From positions 1 to 64,000 of the forward strand of contig JBNGCS010000007.1 in the NCBI GenBank assembly GCA_049975705.1: a stretch of 64,000 nt of DNA. Reading direction: 5' to 3'. The position numbers and the translations under genes were made by a program. Below the pieces are notes generated by a model. It was not told where the DNA came from. It worked only from the letters and a program-made list of their open reading frames with translations, and did not search any database. Origin of the DNA: Candidatus Bipolaricaulaceae bacterium (lineage in GTDB: Bacteria; Bipolaricaulota; Bipolaricaulia; Bipolaricaulales; Bipolaricaulaceae). Below are positions 10,340-18,687 of the stretch, piece by piece (within the stretch, counting starts at the first letter, position 1; each line of letters starts with the position of its first letter).

Positions 10340-10780
10340 TCAGTTGTCCGGCATGGCCAAGGCCTCGTATTCGTCCTCCAACAGGCGCTTGTGGCGGCGC
10401 TCCTCCTCGACGAGGGCGGAGAATATCTGGCTGGCCGGGCCTCCCAGGCGGCTCAGTCCCTCGTACAAGGCCACCGAGGCCTGTTCCCGCTTCATGGCAA
10501 CGGCCAGGGCTTCCGGCAGGCCCATGTCCGGACGAGCCTTCACCTCCACCAGCAGGTCGGACAGTTTGAGGTCCGGCGGGGCCGCCCCCTGGGCGATGAG
10601 CTCCTCGGGCTTGATGCGGGACAGCTTCTCCACGTGCCCGTGTTCCCATCCGGCCAGCTCCTGGAACAGCCGTCTCACCCCGGGGTCAGCGGCCTTTGCC
10701 GCCCAGTCTCGGTAGTAGCTCTCCGCCTCCTTCTCCTTGGCCACCGCGAACTCGAGCGCCTTGTTGAGCCCCTGTTGCAC
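10340..10780 (-). CDS. rubrerythrin-family ferritin-like diiron protein (no rubredoxin domain)
   Basis: Four-helix-bundle E..E..H motifs (EAESYY, AGWEHGH, EEERRHKRLLEDEYE); start reassigned to GTG 5 nt after GGAAGGAG; upstream 100 aa of track ORF are P/S/R-rich noise. Confidence 0.6.
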   Translation of the reverse strand: MQQGLNKALEFAVAKEKEAESYYRDWAAKAADPGVRRLFQELAGWEHGHVEKLSRIKPEELIAQGAAPPDLKLSDLLVEVKARPDMGLPEALAVAMKREQASVALYEGLSRLGGPASQIFSALVEEERRHKRLLEDEYEALAMPDN

Positions 10781-10907
10781 GATCGCTCCTTCCCACTCAA
10801 TTTCCTGGTCCGCTGTTTCGCTCACCGCTTGTGTTTCCGGCGACGGCGGTCCTCCAGCTCCGGATGAGGAAAAAGAGGGGGGACTTCGGTCCCCCCTCCG
10901 AAGCCGG

Positions 10908-11300
10908 TCAGGCGAGCTCCACGCGTCGTTCCGCCTCCCACAGCCCGTGGATGTTGCAGTAGGCCACCGCGTGCAGCGTCCCCGGTTCTGTCGTTTTGAA
11001 GGCAAATGTGACCTCATGATGGGTGTGAACTGGGCCCTCGTTGGGACCGGCCACCGCCTCGCCGTGGGCGGCGAATTGGAACTTGCCCAGTTCGTAGGCA
11101 AACTTGTGTCCGTCCGGGGAGAAATAGGCGGCGATCCACCGGATGTGGTGCTCGGTGGTGTTGGGATGGGCGACCGCCTTCCCCAGGCTCACCTTGACTG
11201 GGGTGAACTCGCCGGCCTTCACCCGGTCAGGACACTCGATGACCGGGACGTGCTTCTCCTTCTGCCAGTCGGCCGCTTGGATCTTCTCGCCGATGGACAC
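10908..11300 (-). CDS. superoxide reductase (1Fe-SOR, neelaredoxin/desulfoferrodoxin catalytic domain)
   Basis: GTG start after AAGGAGGTGA; HVPVIE and CNIHGLW iron-ligand motifs of SOR family; 130 aa. Confidence 0.8.
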   Translation of the reverse strand: MSIGEKIQAADWQKEKHVPVIECPDRVKAGEFTPVKVSLGKAVAHPNTTEHHIRWIAAYFSPDGHKFAYELGKFQFAAHGEAVAGPNEGPVHTHHEVTFAFKTTEPGTLHAVAYCNIHGLWEAERRVELA

Positions 11301-11982
11301 CTCGGGTCACCTCCTTGGCGTACAGCTTCCGGTGGCAGAACCACCAATCGTAGCACTCTACTGCGCCGGACTTGGCTTCCTCCAGCCGCTTGTGAGCACC
11401 TGACTCCGAGCCGGGCGGGGGCACAATGGCCCGGTCGCCGATGAGCTCGTTCTGGGGCCAGCCTGCAGGCAGGGCGACTTTCTCCCGGTCCGCAGTCTGC
11501 AGGGCCTGCAACAGCCGCAGTATCTCGTCCATGTTCCGGCCCACGTTCAACGGGTAGTAGATCATCGCCCTGACCTTGCCCTGGGGATCGATTATGAACA
11601 CCGCCCGGACGGTCTGGGCCTCAGCGGCCTCAGGGTGCAACATCCCGTACAGGGCGCCTATCTTCCCCGTGTTGTCGGCGATCACCGGAAACGGGATCTT
11701 CACGCCCAGCTCGTCCTCGATCCACTGCACCCACTTGATGTGGGAGTAGATTTGGTCGATGGACAGGCCAACCAGCTCGGCTCCAAGCTGTTTGAACTTC
11801 TCGCTCCGCTTGGCAAAGGCCACGAACTCCGTGGTGCACACCGGGGTGTAGTCGGCTGGGTGCGAGAACAGCACGACCCACTTGCCCGCGTAGTCCTTGG
11901 GGAAGTCCATGGGGCCGTGGGTGGTGCTGGCCCGAAAGGCCGGGGCCGGGTCTCCGATCAACGGCATCCGTCGCTCTTCCAC
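11227..11982 (-). CDS. 1-Cys peroxiredoxin (Prx6/AhpC-TSA family)
   Basis: PVCTTE peroxidatic-Cys motif, C-terminal CYDWWFC arm typical of archaeal-type Prx; GTG start 5 nt after AAGGAGG; overlaps SOR by 74 nt. Confidence 0.8.
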   Translation of the reverse strand: MEERRMPLIGDPAPAFRASTTHGPMDFPKDYAGKWVVLFSHPADYTPVCTTEFVAFAKRSEKFKQLGAELVGLSIDQIYSHIKWVQWIEDELGVKIPFPVIADNTGKIGALYGMLHPEAAEAQTVRAVFIIDPQGKVRAMIYYPLNVGRNMDEILRLLQALQTADREKVALPAGWPQNELIGDRAIVPPPGSESGAHKRLEEAKSGAVECYDWWFCHRKLYAKEVTRGVHRREDPSGRLAEGEARPGHRVS

Positions 11983-12006
11983 TTCTTCCTCCTTGTTGTC
12001 AAACCG

Positions 12007-12795
12007 TCACTTCAGCACACAAACGGCCGCCGGCTGGCGGAGCACCAGCGCCAGTGTCTCCGACACGGTGAACTCCAGCCGATCTCCGGCTGGGCCGATG
12101 AAGCCCACGGAAAGGTCCTGGCCGAGGACGATGGCCCCGGTGGGCCGTCCCACTGCCAACAGCACCCCGCCGCTCTCCAGAACCGGCGCCTTGTGCACGC
12201 CGTCCTGGACCACGGTCTGCAGGTGCTCGAGTTCGGTCCGGTTACCGCGGGGGTAGAGTCGCAGCAGGCGGTTGTAGCGGTCGGGGGCCAGGGCCAGGGC
12301 GTAGGGCCCGTGGAAGCCGGCCCGGTCCAGCGCGCTGATCGCTCTGATGATGTCCTCGGCCGCCTCGCCGGGTGCGTCCCACGCCGCCAGGGGCTGCTCG
12401 GCTGCGCCCGCGGCGGTGAGCAATCCCGGAGCTGCCTGTGTCCCCCAGAAGATCAGTTCGTCCTCCCGGCGGGCACACGTTCGGGCAGCCTGGACCGCTG
12501 GGGTGGTGTCCAGTGGTACCCCGTCGCGCTCGTGGGCCGCCAGGTCGCGCTTGGCCAGCGTGAATCCCGCCCGGACGGTGCTCACGGGGACCACTGCCCC
12601 GCTGACCAGCCCCTCATCGTCCTCGACATCCGGGAGCGGGACGGCCTTGAGGCCGAGACCGTACGGCCCCTCGACCTCCAGCAGCCGCCGTCCAGCCAGG
12701 ACGCCCTTGGCGGCTTCGATCACCGCCTGGTCCAACGCCGCCCAGCTCTCCGGGGCCAGGGGAGCGTCGCCGCGCGCCAAGTACTTGTTGGCCAT
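12007..12795 (-). CDS. family 1 encapsulin nanocompartment shell protein (linocin M18-like, HK97 fold)
   Basis: 262 aa; alignable along its length to T. maritima encapsulin (..LEVEGPYGLG.., ..GAIVLGQDLSVG.., C-terminal ..VCVLK); ATG 7 nt after GAGGAGG; 8 nt downstream of EncFtn stop. Confidence 0.85.
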   Translation of the reverse strand: MANKYLARGDAPLAPESWAALDQAVIEAAKGVLAGRRLLEVEGPYGLGLKAVPLPDVEDDEGLVSGAVVPVSTVRAGFTLAKRDLAAHERDGVPLDTTPAVQAARTCARREDELIFWGTQAAPGLLTAAGAAEQPLAAWDAPGEAAEDIIRAISALDRAGFHGPYALALAPDRYNRLLRLYPRGNRTELEHLQTVVQDGVHKAPVLESGGVLLAVGRPTGAIVLGQDLSVGFIGPAGDRLEFTVSETLALVLRQPAAVCVLK

Positions 12796-12806
12796 CTGTT
12801 GCCTCC

Positions 12807-13169
12807 TCAGTCGCGCAGCGACCCCAGCGTGGGCTCCTCGCCCGGGCCGCCCGCCTCGTTCGCAGTCTCCTGGCCGCCTTCGGCCAGCTCGTCCACCTCC
12901 TCGGCTCCCTGAGCGAGGTAGCTGTCTTCGTCACCGGTGAGGATCTGCAGCAGGCGGGTGAACTCCCCGACGTGTACCCTCTCCTCGTCGGCGATGTCAA
13001 CGAACACTTTCTTGGCCAGCGGGTGGTCCGTGGCCTCGGCGTGGGCCATGTACAGGTGGACTGCCTCCTCTTCAGCGGCGATGTCCAGCCGTATTGCCCT
13101 GATCAACTCCTGTTTGGTCAACTTGCGATCTGGAACCTTACCCGAGAACGGATTGAGGAACTCCGGCAT
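12807..13169 (-). CDS. encapsulated ferritin-like protein (EncFtn) cargo with C-terminal encapsulin targeting peptide
   Basis: 120 aa; EncFtn metal-site residues (AAEEEAVHLY.., DIADEERVHVGEF); acidic linker then C-terminal ..EEPTLGSLRD matching the (S/T)xGSLxx family-1 cargo-loading peptide; ATG after AAAGGAGGGGAG. Confidence 0.8.
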   Translation of the reverse strand: MPEFLNPFSGKVPDRKLTKQELIRAIRLDIAAEEEAVHLYMAHAEATDHPLAKKVFVDIADEERVHVGEFTRLLQILTGDEDSYLAQGAEEVDELAEGGQETANEAGGPGEEPTLGSLRD

Positions 13170-13181
13170 CTCCCCTCCTTT

Positions 13182-13685
13182 CTAGAAAGCGCGGCACTTG
13201 TTCCTAGCTGCCCCGCAAACCGGACAGAACTCCGGTGCTTCCCCGGCCACAGTGTAGCCGCACACCGGGCAGATGTACACGGTTCCCAGATCCACATCCT
13301 CCCCCGCTTGGGCCGCGTCTTTGGCCTCCCGGTACATGCGGGCGTGGATCTTCTCCGCTTCCATGGCGAAGTGGGTGGAGCGGGCCGCCCCGGGCACCCC
13401 CTGGAATTGGGCTGTGTTGTTGTAGACGGGGTACATCTCCTCCACCTCGAAGGACTCGCCATCGATGGCTACCTGCAGGTTCGCTGGTGTGCTCCGGATC
13501 ATGCCCAGCTCCCGGTAGTGGTTGGTGGCGTGTACCTGCTCCGCGTAGGCAATGGCACGGAACAGCCGGGCCAGGTTGAGTTTCCCCTCCCGCTCGGCCA
13601 CCTCGGCGAAGATCAGGTAGCGCATGTGGGCCTGTGCCTCCCCCGCAAACGCGGCCCGCAGGTTGTCCTCCGTCATCTTGGGCAT
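13182..13685 (-). CDS. rubrerythrin (diiron domain + C-terminal rubredoxin-like CxxC..CxxC domain)
   Basis: Start reassigned to ATG 5 nt after AAGGAGG (MPKMTEDNLRAAF..); ferritin-like E..E..H motifs; C-terminal CPVCGY...CPVCGA. Confidence 0.85.
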   Translation of the reverse strand: MPKMTEDNLRAAFAGEAQAHMRYLIFAEVAEREGKLNLARLFRAIAYAEQVHATNHYRELGMIRSTPANLQVAIDGESFEVEEMYPVYNNTAQFQGVPGAARSTHFAMEAEKIHARMYREAKDAAQAGEDVDLGTVYICPVCGYTVAGEAPEFCPVCGAARNKCRAF

Positions 13686-13803
13686 GGTACCTCCTTGCCT
13701 CCCAGGCGGTGGCCCGCCCCCGCAGCGACCCCAGGCCGGGTGGGGCGCTTGCGCTGCCCCGCCTTCCCGGATACTGGCGCCTCTAGGGGACGGTTTTTCA
13801 TCC

Positions 13804-14355
13804 CTACCGCAGGAACTTGGACACAAATGGGGACGTATCGCCGCGGCGCAGGAAATGGCCGGATGGCCCCTCGCCCAGGAACTCAGAAAACCACGACTCG
13901 TGCTCGATCTCCTCGTGAAGTATGGCTAGGGCCAGGTCATACGTGCGATGGTCCTTGCCACTGGTCAGGTTGCAGATGTCCGTATACCCCCGCACCGCGC
14001 ACCGCTCGGCCTCCACGAGCACCCGCAGGATTGCCCCAACGTCTTGGGGTTCCTGGGGCAGCTTGGCGGGTCTGCACGCCGACATGTTGTGGAACGAGAC
14101 CATGTCGTCCGGAAGCTTCCCTCCCAGCTCGTAGATCCGGGGCACCAGGGCCTCGAAGTGGTTGCGGTCCTCAATCCGTGCCGTCTCGGCGATCTCTTTG
14201 ACCGTCTCCCCCTCCATGCCGATCAGGTTCGACCGGAGGATTGTGTAGTAGTAGTAGGTGGTGAGTTCCGCCGCCGCGTTCTTCACCAGAAGCTCCAGGA
14301 GCCTATCCACATCCACCCCCGCCCGTTCCACCATCTCTCTTGCTACCCTTCCCAT
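13804..14355 (-). CDS. DPS-like (DPSL/thioferritin) ferritin-superfamily peroxide-resistance protein
   Basis: 183 aa starting MGRVAREMV (ATG 6 nt after GGAGG); near-colinear with Sulfolobus DPSL (TTYYYYTILR, GMEGE, EIAE.ARIEDRNHFE, RIYELGG, EAERCA, DPRTYDLA, ILHEEIEHE, GxPSGHF); start overlaps Fur stop by GGAGGTTAGCATG. Confidence 0.8.
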   Translation of the reverse strand: MGRVAREMVERAGVDVDRLLELLVKNAAAELTTYYYYTILRSNLIGMEGETVKEIAETARIEDRNHFEALVPRIYELGGKLPDDMVSFHNMSACRPAKLPQEPQDVGAILRVLVEAERCAVRGYTDICNLTSGKDHRTYDLALAILHEEIEHESWFSEFLGEGPSGHFLRRGDTSPFVSKFLR

Positions 14356-14356
14356 G

Positions 14357-14821
14357 CTAACCTCCGTCTCTCTCCGTCCCTTGGCAGGCTGGGCACAGAC
14401 CCTCGAACACCAGTTGGTGGGCCGCAACCTGAAACCCGCCATTCAGCTTCACCCGGTCCAGGTCATGGCGGTACGGAACGTCGATATCGTAGACCCGCCC
14501 GCAGCTCAAGCAGCGGAAGTGATAGTGGGGGGAAGTGTTGCCATCGAATCGATCTGGGCCGGCCCCGTGGAGTTCCAGCACAGCGCCCTCGCGGGCTAGC
14601 CCGCGCAGGGTACGGTACACGGTGGCCAGGCTGATGTCCTCACCTTTCTCCCGCAGCGCGTGATACATGGCCTCGGCCGTCGGGTGATCCTTCCGTTGCC
14701 GGAGGGCTTCCACGATTGCCCGCCTCTGCCTCGTCCACCGCCAGCTACTCACCTTGCTGTTCATGCTATTCATTCGCATTATACTCCATGGGCACGGCCG
14801 CGCAACCTCAACAGGTGACAC
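14357..14821 (-). CDS. Fur-family metalloregulator, PerR-like by context
   Basis: R.T.QR..IVEAL DNA-binding helix, HYHF...C..C and C..C structural Zn motifs; start ambiguous: GTG 14821 versus ATGs at 14779/14773/14764 lying inside/after a TATAAT box (possible leaderless start). Confidence 0.7.
   Translation of the reverse strand: MSPVEVARPCPWSIMRMNSMNSKVSSWRWTRQRRAIVEALRQRKDHPTAEAMYHALREKGEDISLATVYRTLRGLAREGAVLELHGAGPDRFDGNTSPHYHFRCLSCGRVYDIDVPYRHDLDRVKLNGGFQVAAHQLVFEGLCPACQGTERDGG
14775..14783 (-). promoter_or_regulatory. second copy of TATAATGCG box, inside/just before Fur-like gene N-terminus
   Basis: minus-strand GGAGTATAATGCGAATGAATAGCATG; ATG overlaps the box end, suggesting a leaderless or very short-leader transcript. 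Confidence 0.35.
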
Positions 14822-14824
14822 CTC

Positions 14825-16039
14825 TCAGCGGAGATGGTGATAGTCGCCGGCTGCAAGGCGGGCCAGTCTATCCTCCACCGGGGCGCCGGCTTTGATCAGC
14901 GACTCAGTCGGCGCAATTCCCTCGGGATCTCCCAACAGGATCGCCCCCACCAGGCGGCCATCTCGGACGACGAACTTGCGGTATACGCCCCGCTCAAGCT
15001 CGGCGGTGCGCACCTCGGCGCCCGGGCCCCCCTGCGGCTGGGTCTCCCCTAGGCAGGCCAAATCCACGCCGACCACCTTCAGCCGGTTGGCCACCACCGT
15101 GCCCTGATAGGGGGTGCTTTGGGGCTCGGCCATGTTCTGCGCGGCCAGCTCACCCTGCTCGCGGGCCGCGGGGATGATCCCGTATACTCGCCCTTGCCAC
15201 TCGGCCGCGTCGCCGCAGGCGTACACATCCGGCGCCGATGTCTGCAGGAAGTCATCCACCACGATGCCCCTGGCCGTGTGCAGACCGGCCTCGGCAGCCA
15301 GTACGGTCCGGGGGCGGACGCCGGCGGCCATCACCACCAGCTCGGCGGCCACCTGCTCTCCATCAGTCAGCCTTACCCCGCGCACCTCCTGGTCGCCCAT
15401 CAGCTCCTGACACTGAACCCCGGTCCGCACGTGTATGCCCATCTCCGTCACCACGCTCATCAAGGCCTGGGAGCCCTCGCGGTCCAGCTGTCGCGGCAGC
15501 AGCCAGGGGGCCAACTCCAATACAGTGACTGGTAGGTTCCATGCCCGCAGGGCCCGGGCCACTTCCAGGCCCAGCCACCCCCCGCCGACCACCGCGGCAG
15601 CACGCGCCCGGGGGGCTCGGGTGCGGATCCGGTGAGCGTCGGCCGCCGTGCGTAGGGTGAACACGCCTTCCAGGTGGGTGCCGGGGAGAGGGGGAACGGC
15701 GGCCTGGGCGCCGGTGGCGAGCAGCAGCCTATCGTATGGCAATTCCTCGCCGCTGCTCAAAGTGACCCGCCGGCGGGCGAGGTCCAGCGCCACCACCGCC
15801 CCGCCCGTCCGCAAGTCGATGTCTTGCCGCTCATACCAGCTGGTGTCGAATGGGGTGATGTCCGCCAGCTCAGCGGTGCCGGCGACCACGGAGATGAGCC
15901 CCGGGCGCAGGTAGTACGGGGTGGGCTCGGCCTCGGCCAGGGTCACCGCGGCTGCGGGCACCAACGCCCGCAGCTTGCGCGCGGCGGTCACCCCGGCCAG
16001 ACCGCCGCCGATCACCAAGAAGCGCGGGGCCTTAGCCAA
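14825..16039 (-). CDS. NAD(P)H:rubredoxin oxidoreductase (FAD/NAD(P)-binding pyridine nucleotide-disulfide oxidoreductase)
   Basis: Two GxGxxG/A dinucleotide folds ([19 protein letters not shown]); start placed at TTG 16039 ([13 protein letters not shown]) because upstream ATG lies inside the rubredoxin gene; 8-nt overlap with rubredoxin stop. Confidence 0.7.
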   Translation of the reverse strand: MAKAPRFLVIGGGLAGVTAARKLRALVPAAAVTLAEAEPTPYYLRPGLISVVAGTAELADITPFDTSWYERQDIDLRTGGAVVALDLARRRVTLSSGEELPYDRLLLATGAQAAVPPLPGTHLEGVFTLRTAADAHRIRTRAPRARAAAVVGGGWLGLEVARALRAWNLPVTVLELAPWLLPRQLDREGSQALMSVVTEMGIHVRTGVQCQELMGDQEVRGVRLTDGEQVAAELVVMAAGVRPRTVLAAEAGLHTARGIVVDDFLQTSAPDVYACGDAAEWQGRVYGIIPAAREQGELAAQNMAEPQSTPYQGTVVANRLKVVGVDLACLGETQPQGGPGAEVRTAELERGVYRKFVVRDGRLVGAILLGDPEGIAPTESLIKAGAPVEDRLARLAAGDYHHLR

Positions 16040-16193
16040 GCTTCTCGAACATGTCCTTGGGCGCCCCGCACTCGGGACACACCCAGGACTCAGGGAGGTC
16101 TTCAAATGACGTCCCCGGGTCGATGCCCTGGGAGGGGTCCCCCTTCTCAGGGTCGTACACCCAACCGCAGACGGCGCATTCCCACTTGTCCAC
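16032..16193 (-). CDS. rubredoxin (53 aa), not in the supplied ORF track
   Basis: Hand-translated: GTG start after GGAGGTGAGACGAC; [53 protein letters not shown]; two CxxCG knuckles with conserved W/Y/F core. Confidence 0.8.
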   Translation of the reverse strand: MDKWECAVCGWVYDPEKGDPSQGIDPGTSFEDLPESWVCPECGAPKDMFEKLG

Positions 16194-16221
16194 GTCGTCT
16201 CACCTCCAGATGAAAAGTCTC

Positions 16222-16230
16222 CGCATTATA
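16222..16230 (-). promoter_or_regulatory. TATAATGCG -10-like box 31 nt upstream of rubredoxin start
   Basis: minus-strand CTCGTTATAATGCGGAGAC...GGAGGTGAGACGACGTG; identical 9-mer also at 14775..14783. Confidence 0.4.
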
Positions 16231-16259
16231 ACGAGGGGCGCCGGCGGGAGCGCTCGAGC

Positions 16260-16289
16260 TTGACACCCGGGCACAACCGGGAGTAGAGT
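16260..16289 (+). promoter_or_regulatory. candidate sigma70 promoter for sugar ABC operon (TTGACA-N18-TAGAGT)
   Basis: TTGACA at 16260..16265, TAGAGT at 16284..16289; about 100 nt upstream of the substrate-binding protein start. Confidence 0.3.
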
Positions 16290-16388
16290 GTTTATCTGAG
16301 CAGTTTTGGTAAAGGGGGTGGTTAGTGAACATAGCGTAGTTATTCTGGAGGGAACAATAGGCGATGCGTGGACGTGTGAGGAGGTGAG

Positions 16389-17732
16389 ATGATGCGGAGA
16401 AAGTTGATATTGTTCCTGGCCCTTGTCCTGGTCGGAACGGCGCTGTTGGGCTTGGCAAAGACTAAAGTGACGTTCTGGACGACGTTGATCGAACCCAAGC
16501 GGATGCAAGTTCAGCAGGAGATTGCCGCCGACTTCATGGCTGAGCACCCCGACATCGAGGTGGAGGTGGTGCCGGTGGACGAGAACGAGTTGCCCACCCG
16601 CATTGCTGCCGCCTACGCTGCGGGCAACTTGCCGGACTTAGTGCGCGTCCCCCTGGACTACATCGCCGGCTGGGCCGAGGAGGGCATCCTGGACGTGGAG
16701 GGCGCCACCGCGCTCCTGGAGGAGATGGGCCTGGATACCTTTGCCGCCGGGGCCCTGGAGCTGGCCGAAGTGGACGGCGGCTTCGCCGGCATCCCGGTGG
16801 ACGGTTGGGGGCAGCTCTTGCTCTACCGGAGGGACCTGTTCGAGGAGTACGATCTGCCTCGGCCCGACGACTGGGCCTCCATTCTTCAGGCGGCCATGGT
16901 TCTCCACAACCCGCCCGACCTGTACGGTATCGAGGTGGGGACAGACCCCAATCAGGTATTCACTCAGCAGGTATTCGAGCACTTCGCGCTGTCCAACGGG
17001 GCGCGCCTGGTGAACGAGGCCGGCGAGATCGACCTCACCACCCCTGGGTTTGTCGCTGCCCTGCAGTACTACAAGCTTTTGGCCACCGAGTTCACCCCGC
17101 CGGGCAACATCTACTGGCTGCAGACCCGGGCGGACTTCCAAGCCGGCAAGGCAGCGATGATTGTCTGGTCACCGTACATCTTGGACGAGTTGGCGGGCCT
17201 GCGGGACTCCGTCCCGGTAACCGCCCAGTTCCCATCCGGGACCCCGCCACTGCATGAGCGGGTGGGGATCGTGACCGCCATCGCCGGCCCGGACGGCGAG
17301 CCCGCCCAGTACGGGTACGTCCTGTACACCGGGATCACCGTCGACGCCGACGTGGAGGCGGCCCAGGCGTTCGCCCGCTACATCGTCTCCGACGGCTACG
17401 CCAAGTGGCTGTCCATGGCCCCAGAGGGCATGTTCCCCATGCGCCCTGCCTACATCGACCAGTGGAAACGGCTGGAGATCGGCGTGGACCGTCGGCAGCC
17501 CATCACTGAGCTCTACCCGGCCGAGGTGATCGAGGCCATCGCCTCCGGCGTGGAGAAGCTCGACCGGTGGGGCTTCGCCGCGGGCAAGGGCCCGTGTATC
17601 AGCTCCATCTACGGGACCAAGGCGGTGATCGACATCCTCCGCCGCTACATGGACGGGGAGGTGGCCACTGCCGCGCAGGCGGCTCAGATGATCGAGGATC
17701 GGGTCCGCGCCCTGGAGGGCTGCGGGGGCTGA
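16389..17732 (+). CDS. ABC transporter substrate-binding protein (family 1, carbohydrate)
   Basis: ATG after GAGGAGGTGA; signal/lipoprotein-like N-terminus; SBP_bac_1-type sugar binding protein composition. Confidence 0.8.
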   Translation: MMRRKLILFLALVLVGTALLGLAKTKVTFWTTLIEPKRMQVQQEIAADFMAEHPDIEVEVVPVDENELPTRIAAAYAAGNLPDLVRVPLDYIAGWAEEGILDVEGATALLEEMGLDTFAAGALELAEVDGGFAGIPVDGWGQLLLYRRDLFEEYDLPRPDDWASILQAAMVLHNPPDLYGIEVGTDPNQVFTQQVFEHFALSNGARLVNEAGEIDLTTPGFVAALQYYKLLATEFTPPGNIYWLQTRADFQAGKAAMIVWSPYILDELAGLRDSVPVTAQFPSGTPPLHERVGIVTAIAGPDGEPAQYGYVLYTGITVDADVEAAQAFARYIVSDGYAKWLSMAPEGMFPMRPAYIDQWKRLEIGVDRRQPITELYPAEVIEAIASGVEKLDRWGFAAGKGPCISSIYGTKAVIDILRRYMDGEVATAAQAAQMIEDRVRALEGCGG

Positions 17733-17771
17733 CGCTTGGCTGAGGAGCTAAGGTAGGAAAGGGGCCAGCCG

Positions 17772-18686
17772 TTGCGCCCGCTTTCGCGAGGGAGCCTGAG
17801 GGCTCAGGAGCAGCGGCTGGCCTATCTATTTCTGGCCCTGCCCTTGGCAGTAGTCTGTCTTGTCATCATCTTCCCCACCTTGTGGAACGTGCTGCTCAGC
17901 TTCCATAATGTAGGATTGCGCCAGCTGCGAACGTTCTCCTTCTTCGACCCCAATTTCACCGTATCCAGCTATCACAAGGTGTTCTCCGACCCGGACTTCT
18001 CGCGTGCCCTGGTGGCCACCCTGCTGTACTCGTTCGGGGGCACCGGGGCCACGTTGCTGTTGGGGTTGGGGGCGGCGCTGCTTCTTGCCCCGGCGTTCCG
18101 GGGCCGGGGCGTGTTGCGGGGGACCTACCTCCTCCCCTACATCGCCCCCATCGTGGCGGTGACCTTCACCTGGCGGCTGCTCCTCGACCCTCGCGGGCCC
18201 ATCATGACCGCCCTGGTGAACGCGGGATGGCTGGAGCAACCCCTTTTCTTGTTGGGCCAGCGCCCCTGGGCCATGCTCACGTTGATCGTGTTCCAGGGGT
18301 GGCGGTACTTCCCCCTGGCCTTCCTGTTCATCTTGGCCCGCTTGCAGGCGGTCCCCGATGACCTGTACGAGGCAGCGGAGGTGGACGGGGCCACCCCGTT
18401 CCAGAGATTTTTCTACATCACTTTGCCCCAACTCAAGCTGGTGCTGGCCACCTTGGGATTCCTCCGCTTCATGTGGACGTTCAATAAGTTCGACGACGTG
18501 TACCTTCTCACCTCCGGGGCGGCCGGGACAAAGGTGCTGCCCGTGCTGGTGGTGGACTACCTGATCGGGGAGTTCGACATCGGGGCGGGCGCAGCGGCGG
18601 CCATGGCCCTATTCGGCTGCCTGGCCCTGCTGTTGTACCTGTACTTCCGAGTGATCATGCGCCGGGCCGAGCAGGTGGAGGCGTAG
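17772..18686 (+). CDS. sugar ABC transporter permease (MalF/UgpA-like)
   Basis: TTG start after AGGAAAGGGG; six TM segments; EAA-loop region EAAEVDGA. Confidence 0.8.
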   Translation: MRPLSRGSLRAQEQRLAYLFLALPLAVVCLVIIFPTLWNVLLSFHNVGLRQLRTFSFFDPNFTVSSYHKVFSDPDFSRALVATLLYSFGGTGATLLLGLGAALLLAPAFRGRGVLRGTYLLPYIAPIVAVTFTWRLLLDPRGPIMTALVNAGWLEQPLFLLGQRPWAMLTLIVFQGWRYFPLAFLFILARLQAVPDDLYEAAEVDGATPFQRFFYITLPQLKLVLATLGFLRFMWTFNKFDDVYLLTSGAAGTKVLPVLVVDYLIGEFDIGAGAAAAMALFGCLALLLYLYFRVIMRRAEQVEA

Positions 18687-18687
18687 G

